From an uncultured Acidobacteriota bacterium (GTDB taxonomy: Bacteria; Acidobacteriota; Thermoanaerobaculia; Gp7-AA8), in contig CAVWUH010000002.1 in NCBI GenBank assembly GCA_963758195.1, forward strand, positions 4,301,560 to 4,365,559: a stretch of 64,000 nucleotides of DNA, written 5' to 3'. Positions 19,537-27,299 of this stretch are shown here, in pieces. The position numbers were made by a program, and so were the translations under genes. Each line of letters opens with the position of its first letter. Within the stretch, counting starts at the first letter, position 1. The notes under the pieces are model-generated. The model saw only the letters and a list, made by a program, of their open reading frames with translations, was not told the DNA's origin and made no database searches.

Positions 19537-20400
19537 TTACATCACGTCGTCCACCGCACTCGCCAACTCCTCGAGATAAGCGTCGCCCTTCGGATGATGC
19601 GTGAGTCCGACGATGATGTAGCGTCGGCCGCGCCCTTCGATGATCGCCGTGTCGTGCAGCCAGTCTTCGTACGTGCCCAGCTTCCGACGGATCGTGAGGC
19701 CGCGACCGGCGAGTCCCTTAACGAACTTCACCTCATCGTGAGGGATGTCCGGTGAGAGAAAGATCGCGCGCATCTTCTGAGCCGCCGCGGGCGATACGAG
19801 CTGGTCGCGTTCCATGAGCCAATAGAAACGAAGAACCTGCCGCACGGTGACGGCGTGCGAGTGATCCGCCACCGGGTCGCCGATCCGCTCGCTGTTAGGA
19901 CCATAGTGCTTGCCGACCCAGATTCCGCCGCCATGTGCCGCGTCGTAAAAGCCCTGCGTATTGAGGACCTGCTGGATCTCCCGCAGTCCCATCGCTCGCG
20001 AATACTTCGCGGCCATTTCGTTGCTCGACACCTTGATCATCAGCCCCAGCTCGTGTTCCGTCGCTGCGTCCATCTGCGTCGCGGCGTCGGGATGGAGCTG
20101 AAAGTACGCGAGCAGGATCCCGATCTTAGCAACGCTCGCGGCGTACTCGATGTGATCGGGATGGATCATGGCCAGGCGCCGCGGATGATCGAGATCGAGC
20201 ACGCCGACGTCGGTCTGCTCGGCCGAAATCCCGTACTTCGCGCGCAACCGTGCATCGATTGCTTCGATCCGCTTTTGCAAGCGACGGTCGACCGGCGTGT
20301 CGTAGTCGAGTACGAAGGTCTCTGGCGTGGCGCTCGGCGTGCGGGAAGCGCACGCACATGCGAGCAAGAGGAGCAAAATGCAGACGACGCGCAGATTCAT
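19537..20400 (-). CDS. Class-A beta-lactamase-like serine hydrolase, probable lipoprotein
   Basis: MNLRVVCILLLLLACAC (lipobox-like); SVAK (SxxK), SSN (SxN), KLGT (KTG-like). Confidence 0.65.
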   Translation of the reverse strand: MNLRVVCILLLLLACACASRTPSATPETFVLDYDTPVDRRLQKRIEAIDARLRAKYGISAEQTDVGVLDLDHPRRLAMIHPDHIEYAASVAKIGILLAYFQLHPDAATQMDAATEHELGLMIKVSSNEMAAKYSRAMGLREIQQVLNTQGFYDAAHGGGIWVGKHYGPNSERIGDPVADHSHAVTVRQVLRFYWLMERDQLVSPAAAQKMRAIFLSPDIPHDEVKFVKGLAGRGLTIRRKLGTYEDWLHDTAIIEGRGRRYIIVGLTHHPKGDAYLEELASAVDDVM

Positions 20401-20547
20401 GCGCGCAAGGATAGCGGCGAACGCATTCACGCCGTTGGAGGATGGATCGCACCTTGCTACTGCTTGGTTATCAGCCGAATTGCGCTGGGAGGTCACCATG
20501 ACAATGTTCGAGATTTCAACCGTTCATCTGGCAACGAGCGTGCGGTC

Positions 20548-21153
20548 ATGACATCGACCTCCGTTCTCGATGCACTCCGCCAACAACTTGGTCCCGACGC
20601 CATTGAGCAGATCAGCCAGACTCTCGGCGCCGATCCTTCCTCCACGTCCAGTGCGATCTCGACCGCGCTTCCCGTGCTGCTCGGAGGCCTGTCGCAGAAC
20701 GCGGCCCAGCCACCGGGCGCCGCCGCGCTCGATCGCGCGCTCGGCGATCATGATGGCGGCATCCTCGACAACCTCGGCGGCCTTCTTGGTGGAGGCGCCG
20801 GCGGAGGAATCGGCGGAGCGATCCTCGGCCATATCTTCGGGTCGAAGCGTGGCCACGTGGAAGATCGCGTCGGAGCCGCATCCGGTCTGAACGCGCAGCA
20901 GGTCACTCAATTGCTGGCGATGCTTGCGCCGATCGTGATGGGTGTTCTCGGGCGGATGAAACGTCAGGGAGGCCTCGACGCGCAGCAACTTCCGGATGTT
21001 CTCCGGCAGAGCACGCAGCACGCGCAGAGCGCAGCTCCATCCGGCGGGCTGAACCTGAACGACATCCTCGATTCGAATCGCGATGGCGACATCACCGACG
21101 ACGTCGCGCGTCTCGGCAAGTCCGTGCTTGGCGGCCTTTTCGGCAAGGACTGA
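20548..21153 (+). CDS. DUF937 family protein
   Basis: MTSTSVLDALRQQLGPDAIEQISQTLGADPSSTSSAISTALPVLLGGLSQNA...QVTQLLAMLAPIVMGVLG. The ATG at 20548 is in frame with the end of track ORF 19855..21153. Confidence 0.65.
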   Translation: MTSTSVLDALRQQLGPDAIEQISQTLGADPSSTSSAISTALPVLLGGLSQNAAQPPGAAALDRALGDHDGGILDNLGGLLGGGAGGGIGGAILGHIFGSKRGHVEDRVGAASGLNAQQVTQLLAMLAPIVMGVLGRMKRQGGLDAQQLPDVLRQSTQHAQSAAPSGGLNLNDILDSNRDGDITDDVARLGKSVLGGLFGKD

Positions 21154-21258
21154 TCCTTCAGGCGTGCCATTGTCTTGCTCCGATGCGTTCGGCTTGACCT
21201 ATCGCGAAAGACGGAATACAACTTAGTCCGGTCGACTTAGTTTATCCAGAGGTCGCTG

Positions 21259-21498
21259 ATGGTCACGGTGAACATGCATGAAGCGAAGACGCAGCTCTCC
21301 CGGCTCGTCGATCGCGCCACTAAGGGCGAACCGTTTGTCATCGCCAAGGCCGGAAAGCCGTTGGTGAAGGTGTCCGCGATCGCCAGCCCGGCCACTGCTC
21401 AACGCCTTGGATTCCTGCTGGGCGAGATCGTCGTCCCGGACGACTTCGATCGCATGGCAGAAGGCGAGGTCGAAGCAATGTTCGGAACGGGAACGTGA
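21259..21498 (+). CDS. Type II antitoxin, Phd/YefM-like
   Basis: VNMHEAKTQLSRLVDRATKGEPFVIAKAGKPLVKV. GTGA overlap with the downstream PIN gene. Promoter-like TTGACC-N17-TACAAC upstream. Confidence 0.85.
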   Translation: MVTVNMHEAKTQLSRLVDRATKGEPFVIAKAGKPLVKVSAIASPATAQRLGFLLGEIVVPDDFDRMAEGEVEAMFGTGT

Positions 21499-21881
21499 AG
21501 TTCCTGCTGGATACCCAGATTCTGCTCTGGGCGGCGGGTCAACCCGATCGGCTCTCTGTTGGCGCGCGGCGGCTTCTCAATAGCTCGAAAACCGAGCTCC
21601 TGTTCAGTGCCGCGAGTCTCTGGGAGATTGCGATCAAGAAGTCTCTTGGACGAGATGACTTCCGCGTTGAGCCGCGGCTTCTCCGTCGCGGCCTCCTCGA
21701 CAACGGCTACATCGAGTTGCCAGTGACGAGCGAGCATGCTGTGAGCATCGATTCACTCCCCGAGATTCACAAAGACCCGTTCGATCGCATCCTGCTGGCA
21801 CAGGCGTTCACTGAGGGGATCACCCTCCTTACAGCAGACGCACAACTGGCAAGCTATCCGGGTCCCGTTCGCAAGGTCTAA
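21495..21881 (+). CDS. vapC: Type II toxin, PIN-domain VapC family
   Basis: MKFLLDTQILLWA...SLWEIAIK...HKDPFDRILLAQA...LLTAD, the acidic residues of a PIN fold. Confidence 0.9.
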   Translation: MKFLLDTQILLWAAGQPDRLSVGARRLLNSSKTELLFSAASLWEIAIKKSLGRDDFRVEPRLLRRGLLDNGYIELPVTSEHAVSIDSLPEIHKDPFDRILLAQAFTEGITLLTADAQLASYPGPVRKV

Positions 21882-21925
21882 GTCGCGCATCGCGATCGAC
21901 GCATCGCACCGCTATCATGCGCGCC

Positions 21926-22765
21926 ATGATTGCGCGCCTCTCCGCTCTTGTTTTCGTCATCGCTCTCGTCCTTCCATGTTGCGCCGCCGATTCCGTGAGC
22001 GTCGACGCATACAGTCGCTGCGCGGAAACGTTGATGACGGCGAAGAATCTCGAGGAAGCGATTGACGCGTGCAAGGAATCCGCATCGCAGGGCGTCCCGG
22101 GCGCGCAGTTCGCGTTGGGCGGCCTGCTGATGAAGACCGCTCATGGAGCGGCGTACGACGAGGCGTTGCAGTGGCTGGAAAAGGCAGTTGCGCAAGGCCA
22201 CACGGGCGCCGCTTATCTGCTCGCCGGTGCGCTGAAGACCAGAAACGAACCAGAACAACAGCAACGCGTGTCGGAGCTGTTCAACATGGCCGCGTGCCGC
22301 GACTATCCCGCCGCGCTCGAAGAGTTGAAACGCGCCGGACTCACGAAGGAAGAGCTCCACTGCACGGCGCGGGCGGACACCGACTTCACGGGCGCGTGGA
22401 CCGGCAGCCTGCAATGGACGAAGGTCTCGCCGGGTGCCGGGAGCGGTCCGGAGTTGAAAGTGGTCTTGGCCGATGGAAAGGCGAGCGTCTTCATGAAGCA
22501 CGACGGAGCCTGGAACGAGGTCAAGCCGGGCAAGTTCCAGGTGAAGCAGCTCGAGCAGACGCTGGTCATCTCCGCGATCGACTCCGGATCCGACTTCGAC
22601 GGCGTCTGGATCGAAGCATGGGACATTCACCTGCTACGCCTCGATGCGGACACGGCGCTCCTCGACTTCATGCGCTCCGTCAACAATCGCGACATGCCGG
22701 CGACGATGAGCTGGCGTACGTTCACGACCGCGGCCGAAGGGCGCGTGCGACGTGCGGCGAAGTAG
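21926..22765 (+). CDS. Secreted Sel1-like repeat protein with an uncharacterised C-terminal domain
   Basis: Signal peptide MIARLSALVFVIALVLPCCAA. Sel1-like segments GVPGAQFALGGLLM...EALQWLEKAVAQGHTGAAYLLAG. An alternative ATG lies at 21917. Confidence 0.55.
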   Translation: MIARLSALVFVIALVLPCCAADSVSVDAYSRCAETLMTAKNLEEAIDACKESASQGVPGAQFALGGLLMKTAHGAAYDEALQWLEKAVAQGHTGAAYLLAGALKTRNEPEQQQRVSELFNMAACRDYPAALEELKRAGLTKEELHCTARADTDFTGAWTGSLQWTKVSPGAGSGPELKVVLADGKASVFMKHDGAWNEVKPGKFQVKQLEQTLVISAIDSGSDFDGVWIEAWDIHLLRLDADTALLDFMRSVNNRDMPATMSWRTFTTAAEGRVRRAAK

Positions 22766-22783
22766 CCGCGGCGCGACCGCGCT

Positions 22784-23307
22784 TCAACGCAATATGGCTC
22801 GCAGGCGCAGCCGAATCTGTGCGGCCGTTGCATCATCCAGCTCCACGAGTCGCGATTCGATCTCTTCGGCGGTGACGATGCGATGCCGAAGCACAGCGGC
22901 AACGAACTCGCGATCTTTCTCTCGCCAGGCCGCGAGCTTGCTGATGGCGAGGTCGGAAGGATGCGGGCAGATCCCGGTGACTCCAGCAGTTGCATCCGAC
23001 CGAACAGGGATCGCACGGGCTCTCCAGCGTGTCGGAAGCGTTGCGGTCTCGGCACCGACTCCACGCGCGTAGTAGCCGAAAGTCTCGTGAAACGGAGACC
23101 GCTCCCCGATGGAACCATCGATCAGGTCACTCGCGGCCTCGTCGCCTGGCGCGTAGAGGTCGAGTTCTTCGGAGACGGTAATTTCCGCCGGTGCGTTCGG
23201 AACCGCGCCAAGAATTGCCTGGCTGCCTACGAGCACCCATTCGTCGCGACCGGTGATTGCACCGCACCGGCGGCACGGAGAATGTGCTCGAGTTGCTCCC
23301 GATTCAT
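22784..23307 (-). CDS. Nucleotidyltransferase-fold toxin-like protein (I recall this as DUF6036-like, unverified); one frameshift ~15 codons after the start
   Basis: ATG at 23307 gives MNREQLEHILRAAGAV, then a frame change continues as ITGRDEWVLVGSQAILGAVPNAPAEITVSEELDLYAP...DLAISKLAAWREKDREFV. ATGA overlap with the upstream gene. Confidence 0.5.
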
Positions 23308-23612
23308 TTGCCGCGAGCCTCGCGATAGATCTCCCATCGTTCTTCCTGCGTGAGGATGCCGCAGAACGGGTCAGTCTGCCGCAAGCGTTGTCCCTCATCC
23401 GTTTCGTCGAGCAGGATCTTCCGCACGTCCTCCCACGGTTTGTCGAGGAGCCCTCGCCATTCCCGCGCGGAGCCGATTCCTTGCGCGACCCAGCGCTCGC
23501 AGACACGCTTCGCGTGCGCAAGACCAAGCCGGTCCGGATCGGAATCGATCTTGGCCACGATGCGACGCACCATCTCGAGACTGCGGCGGTCGATTTCCTG
23601 ATGCGTACGCAT
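23304..23612 (-). CDS. Small partner protein (putative antitoxin) of the nucleotidyltransferase-like gene
   Basis: MRTHQEIDRRSLEMVRRIVAKIDSDPDRLGLAHAKRVCERWV..., 102 aa, 4-nt overlap with the downstream gene. TACAAT lies 7 nt upstream of the ATG. Confidence 0.45.
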   Translation of the reverse strand: MRTHQEIDRRSLEMVRRIVAKIDSDPDRLGLAHAKRVCERWVAQGIGSAREWRGLLDKPWEDVRKILLDETDEGQRLRQTDPFCGILTQEERWEIYREARGK

Positions 23613-23739
23613 GCGAAGGATTGTAGCGGCTGAGAGTCCTCGCGGCGCGCCGTGCCGGTGGTGCATGCTACGATTCAAATCGCTGAAGCGGCGACCCAGC
23701 TCCGGGCGACGACTTCCCATCCTGATCCGGAGAGAAGAC

Positions 23740-26118
23740 GTGTCGACACCTGAGACCCAGCCGCGCACGCAGTTCACGCGCGAGAGCATCATCGACGACT
23801 ATCGCGTCGCCGTGCGCAGCCGCCAGGCGAGCCTCATCGGCCGCAGGGAAGTGCTGACCGGCAAGGCGAAGTTCGGCATTTTCGGCGACGGCAAGGAAGT
23901 GGCGCAGCTCGCCTGGGCGCGCGCGTTCCGCCGCGGAGACTGGCGCTCCGGTTACTACCGCGATCAAACCTTCATGCTCGCCCTCGGCGCGGCGACGCTC
24001 GACGAGTTCTTCGCGCAGCTCTATGCCGATGCCGACGTCGAGCACGATCCCTGGTCCGGAGGCCGTTCGATGAACGCGCACTTCGCGTCGCGCTTTCTCG
24101 ATGCGAACGGGAACTACACGAGCCAGGTCGACGCCTACAACATCTCCGCCGACGTTTCGCCGACCGGCTCGCAGATGCCGCGGCTCGTCGGACTGGCCTG
24201 GGCCTCGCGCCTCTATCGCGAGCTCGGCCCTTCGGCTTCGCTCAGCGCTGGCACCGAGAAGTTCACGCGCAACGGAGACGAGATTGCCTGGGGCACGATC
24301 GGCAACGCCAGTTGTGCCGAGGGAATGTTCTGGGAGTCGATCAACGCGGCGGGAGTCATGGGCGTGCCGATGATCGTCTCGGTGTGGGACGACGGCTACG
24401 GCATCTCCGTCGCCAACGAGCATCAGGTCACGAAAGACAACATCTCCGAGGTTTTGAAGGGATTCCAGCGCGAACCGCGTTCGAAGCACGGCTTCGACAT
24501 CTACCGCGTGAAAGGCTGGGACTACGCCGCCTTGTGCGAGACCTACATCTCCGCGGCGACGATCACGCGCAAAGAGCACGTCCCGGCGATCGTCCACGTG
24601 ACGGAGATGACGCAGCCGCAGGGCCACTCGACGTCGGGAAGCCACGAGCGCTACAAATCGAAAGAGCGCCTGGAGTTCGAAGTCGAATTCGATTGCATCA
24701 AAAAAATGCGCGACTGGATGATCGCGCAGGGGATCGCCACCGCGGCAGAACTTGATGCGATGGAGCGCGAAGATGTGACCGTGGTGCGCGAGGCGCAGCG
24801 TCGCGCGTGGGACGCGTATCGCGCGCCAATCGACGCCGAAGTGCGCGAGGCCATCGCGATTCTCGATCGCCTCGGCGCGACGGAGTCGAAGAATGAGCTG
24901 CAGCGCAATCAGGCGCCGTTTCGCCGCGACGCCGTGCGCGCCGTCGCCGGTGCGCTCGTCGCGCGGCGCGATGACGAAGCGGCGCAGTGGTTGCGACGCA
25001 GGATGGGGGAGGGCGATCGTCGCTATGACGCGCATCTCTTCAGCGAAAGCGACGAGTCGGCGTTGAAGATCGCCGAGGTGCCTGCCGAGTACGCGGATGA
25101 CGCGCAGGTGCTCAACGGCTTCGAGATCATCAATCAGTGCCTCGATCAGGCGCTGACTCGCGATCCGCGCATCATCATCTTCGGCGAAGACGTCGGCAAG
25201 CTCGGCGACGTGAACCAAGGTTGCCTGGGACTGCAGGAGAAGCATGGTGCCTGGCGCGTGCTGGACACCGGCATCCGCGAATGCACGATCGCCGGTCAGG
25301 CCATCGGGTCCGCGCTGCGCGGTTTCCGTCCGATCGCTGAGATTCAATATCTCGACTACATCCTTTACGCGTTGCAGATTCTTTCTGATGACCTGGCGAC
25401 GACGCGCTGGCGCTCGGCAGGCGGACAGAAAGCGCCGGTGATCATCCGCACGCGCGGACATCGGCTCGAAGGCATCTGGCATTCGGGTTCGCCGATGGCC
25501 GGTATCCTGAACCTCGTGCGCGGAATGCACGTTTGCGTGCCGCGCAACATGACGCAGGCCGCGGGTTTCTACAACACGCTGCTGCGCTCCGACGATCCGG
25601 CGATCGTCATCGAAGTGTTGAACGGCTATCGCTCGAAGGAAAAACTGCCCACGAACATCGGCGACTTCACGCTGCCGCTCGGCGTGCCCGAGATCGTGCG
25701 CGCCGGCAAAGACGTCACGCTCGTCTCCTACGGCGCGACGTTGAAGATCGTGCTCGAAGCAACGGAACTGCTCGCACAGGTTGGGATCGACGTCGAAGTG
25801 ATCGACGTCCAGACGCTTCTCCCGTTCGACGTGCGCGGCGTGATCGTCGAGTCGCTGAAGAAAACGAACCGCATCGCCTTCATCGACGAAGACGTCCCCG
25901 GCGGCGCGACGGCGTTCATGATGCAGAACGTTCTCGATCGCGATCACGGCTACGACTGGCTCGACTCCGAGCCGCTCACGATCGCCGCGAAGGAGCATCG
26001 TCCCTCGTATGGCTCGGATGGCGACTACTGGTCGAAGCCGAATCGCGAGACGATCTTCGCCGGCGTGTATGGGTTGTTGCGCGAGGCGAATCCGCGAACG
26101 TACCCGGAACTGTTCTAG
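23740..26118 (+). CDS. Fused E1 alpha/beta subunit of a TPP-dependent 2-oxoacid dehydrogenase
   Basis: The N-terminal half is E1-alpha-like (GKAKFGIFGDGKEVAQLA...). The C-terminal half is E1-beta/transketolase-like (IIIFGEDVGKLGDVNQGC...RVLDTGIRECTIAGQAIG...). GTG start at 23740 with GGAGAG 7 nt upstream. Confidence 0.8.
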   Translation: MSTPETQPRTQFTRESIIDDYRVAVRSRQASLIGRREVLTGKAKFGIFGDGKEVAQLAWARAFRRGDWRSGYYRDQTFMLALGAATLDEFFAQLYADADVEHDPWSGGRSMNAHFASRFLDANGNYTSQVDAYNISADVSPTGSQMPRLVGLAWASRLYRELGPSASLSAGTEKFTRNGDEIAWGTIGNASCAEGMFWESINAAGVMGVPMIVSVWDDGYGISVANEHQVTKDNISEVLKGFQREPRSKHGFDIYRVKGWDYAALCETYISAATITRKEHVPAIVHVTEMTQPQGHSTSGSHERYKSKERLEFEVEFDCIKKMRDWMIAQGIATAAELDAMEREDVTVVREAQRRAWDAYRAPIDAEVREAIAILDRLGATESKNELQRNQAPFRRDAVRAVAGALVARRDDEAAQWLRRRMGEGDRRYDAHLFSESDESALKIAEVPAEYADDAQVLNGFEIINQCLDQALTRDPRIIIFGEDVGKLGDVNQGCLGLQEKHGAWRVLDTGIRECTIAGQAIGSALRGFRPIAEIQYLDYILYALQILSDDLATTRWRSAGGQKAPVIIRTRGHRLEGIWHSGSPMAGILNLVRGMHVCVPRNMTQAAGFYNTLLRSDDPAIVIEVLNGYRSKEKLPTNIGDFTLPLGVPEIVRAGKDVTLVSYGATLKIVLEATELLAQVGIDVEVIDVQTLLPFDVRGVIVESLKKTNRIAFIDEDVPGGATAFMMQNVLDRDHGYDWLDSEPLTIAAKEHRPSYGSDGDYWSKPNRETIFAGVYGLLREANPRTYPELF

Positions 26119-26356
26119 GCTTTGGGACTGCTGCAGCGAGCGCTTTTTCATCGCGCGCCTCGAGCGAGGCTCGATCTTGCTTTCGGCGGTGTGGCAGGAA
26201 CGGCATGCCTCGAGCGACCCGCATTGCGGCCACGCAAAGTAAAGCGGTGACTGTGTCACCCACTCCCACACGCGAAACCTGGATCTCAACGCACGCTGCG
26301 TCGACGCGTCGCCGGTTTGCCGTGTTGCATGATCACGATCCGGACGGCATTGTCGT

Positions 26357-27136
26357 TCAAGTCACGCGGTCAGAATGTGCGTAGACATTGAAGCGGCCAT
26401 CGCGGACGAAGCCGAGGAGCGTGAGACCGAGCTCGCGCGCGAGCTCGATGGCGAGGGACGAAGGTGCGCCCACCGCGGCGAGCATCGCCATTCGCGCGAC
26501 GATCGCTTTCTGCACGATCTCGAAACTCGTGCGGCCGCTGACGACGAGGATCGAGTCGTCGAGCGGCGTTTCTTCGCGGAAGAACGAGCCGATCGCCTTG
26601 TCGACGGCGTTGTGGCGGCCGACGTCTTCGCGGATGCGAAGCAGCGTGCCCTTCGCGTCGAAGATGCCCGCGGCGTGTAGACCGCCGGTGGCGTCGAATG
26701 TCTTCTGCTCGCGCCGCAGCACGTCGGGAAGTGCAACGATGACATCGGACGCGACGCGCATCGTCGATGTGATTGGAGCCGCCTGCGTGCGCAAGGCGTC
26801 GATCGTCACCTTGCCGCACACGCCGCACGACGACGTCGAATAGAAGTGCCGCTGCAATTTCTGTAGATCGACGTGCACGCCTTCGCGCAGATCGACGCGC
26901 ACGACATTCGGCGAGCCCCAGTGCCGGATCGCGGCGATGTCGTCACCGTTGCGGACGATCGATTCCGTGAAGAGAAAACCGGCCGCGAGATCGAAGTCGT
27001 CGCCGGGCGTGCGTAGCGTGACGGAGACGGGTCTGTCGCCGACGCGAATCTCGAGCGGCTCTTCGATGACGACAAAGTCGTCGTCGTCTCTTCGCTGAGC
27101 GCCCGCGAAACGCGTGAGGGAAACCGAGGTCTGCAC
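26357..27136 (-). CDS. fdhD: Formate dehydrogenase accessory sulfurtransferase FdhD
   Basis: HFYSTSSCGVCGKVTIDAL...GGLHAAGIFD...EDVGRHNAVDK. The GTG start (codon 27 of the track ORF) is preferred because the upstream 26 codons are encoded by repeat copy b. TACAAT lies 7 nt upstream of the GTG. Confidence 0.85.
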   Translation of the reverse strand: MQTSVSLTRFAGAQRRDDDDFVVIEEPLEIRVGDRPVSVTLRTPGDDFDLAAGFLFTESIVRNGDDIAAIRHWGSPNVVRVDLREGVHVDLQKLQRHFYSTSSCGVCGKVTIDALRTQAAPITSTMRVASDVIVALPDVLRREQKTFDATGGLHAAGIFDAKGTLLRIREDVGRHNAVDKAIGSFFREETPLDDSILVVSGRTSFEIVQKAIVARMAMLAAVGAPSSLAIELARELGLTLLGFVRDGRFNVYAHSDRVT

Positions 27137-27170
27137 GCGCGCGATTGTAGTCGGCGAGGCAAGAGAATCC

Positions 27171-27251
27171 GGGTTCACGCGGAGACGCGGAGGACGCGGA
27201 GAGGAGATCTCCAACTTTCTCTCCGCGCTCTCCGCGTCTCCGCGTGAAATC
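27171..27251. repeat. GTTCACGCGGAGAC palindromic repeat, copy b
   Basis: ggttcacgcggagacgcggaggacgcggagaggag ... ctctccgcgctctccgcgtctccgcgtgaaatcc. Confidence 0.85.
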
Positions 27252-27299
27252 CTGGTTGTGCTTTCCCTGGCTCTCCATTTGCTGCATTAGACTTCCCAT

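Noticed and set aside
23668-26289. Very long ORFs antisense to, or out of frame with, real genes: 873 aa antisense to the E1 gene, 883 aa at 48932-51583 and 577 aa at 46442-48175 antisense to the giant gene, 581 aa at 33138-34883 antisense to the TPR gene, and 674 aa at 10664-12688.
   Set aside because: They are Arg/Ala/Gly/Asp-rich low-complexity translations typical of shadow ORFs in high-GC DNA (stop codons are rare in all frames). In each case the opposite or alternative frame encodes a recognisable protein. The 10664-12688 ORF is a mosaic that only intermittently coincides with true PNPase frame segments.
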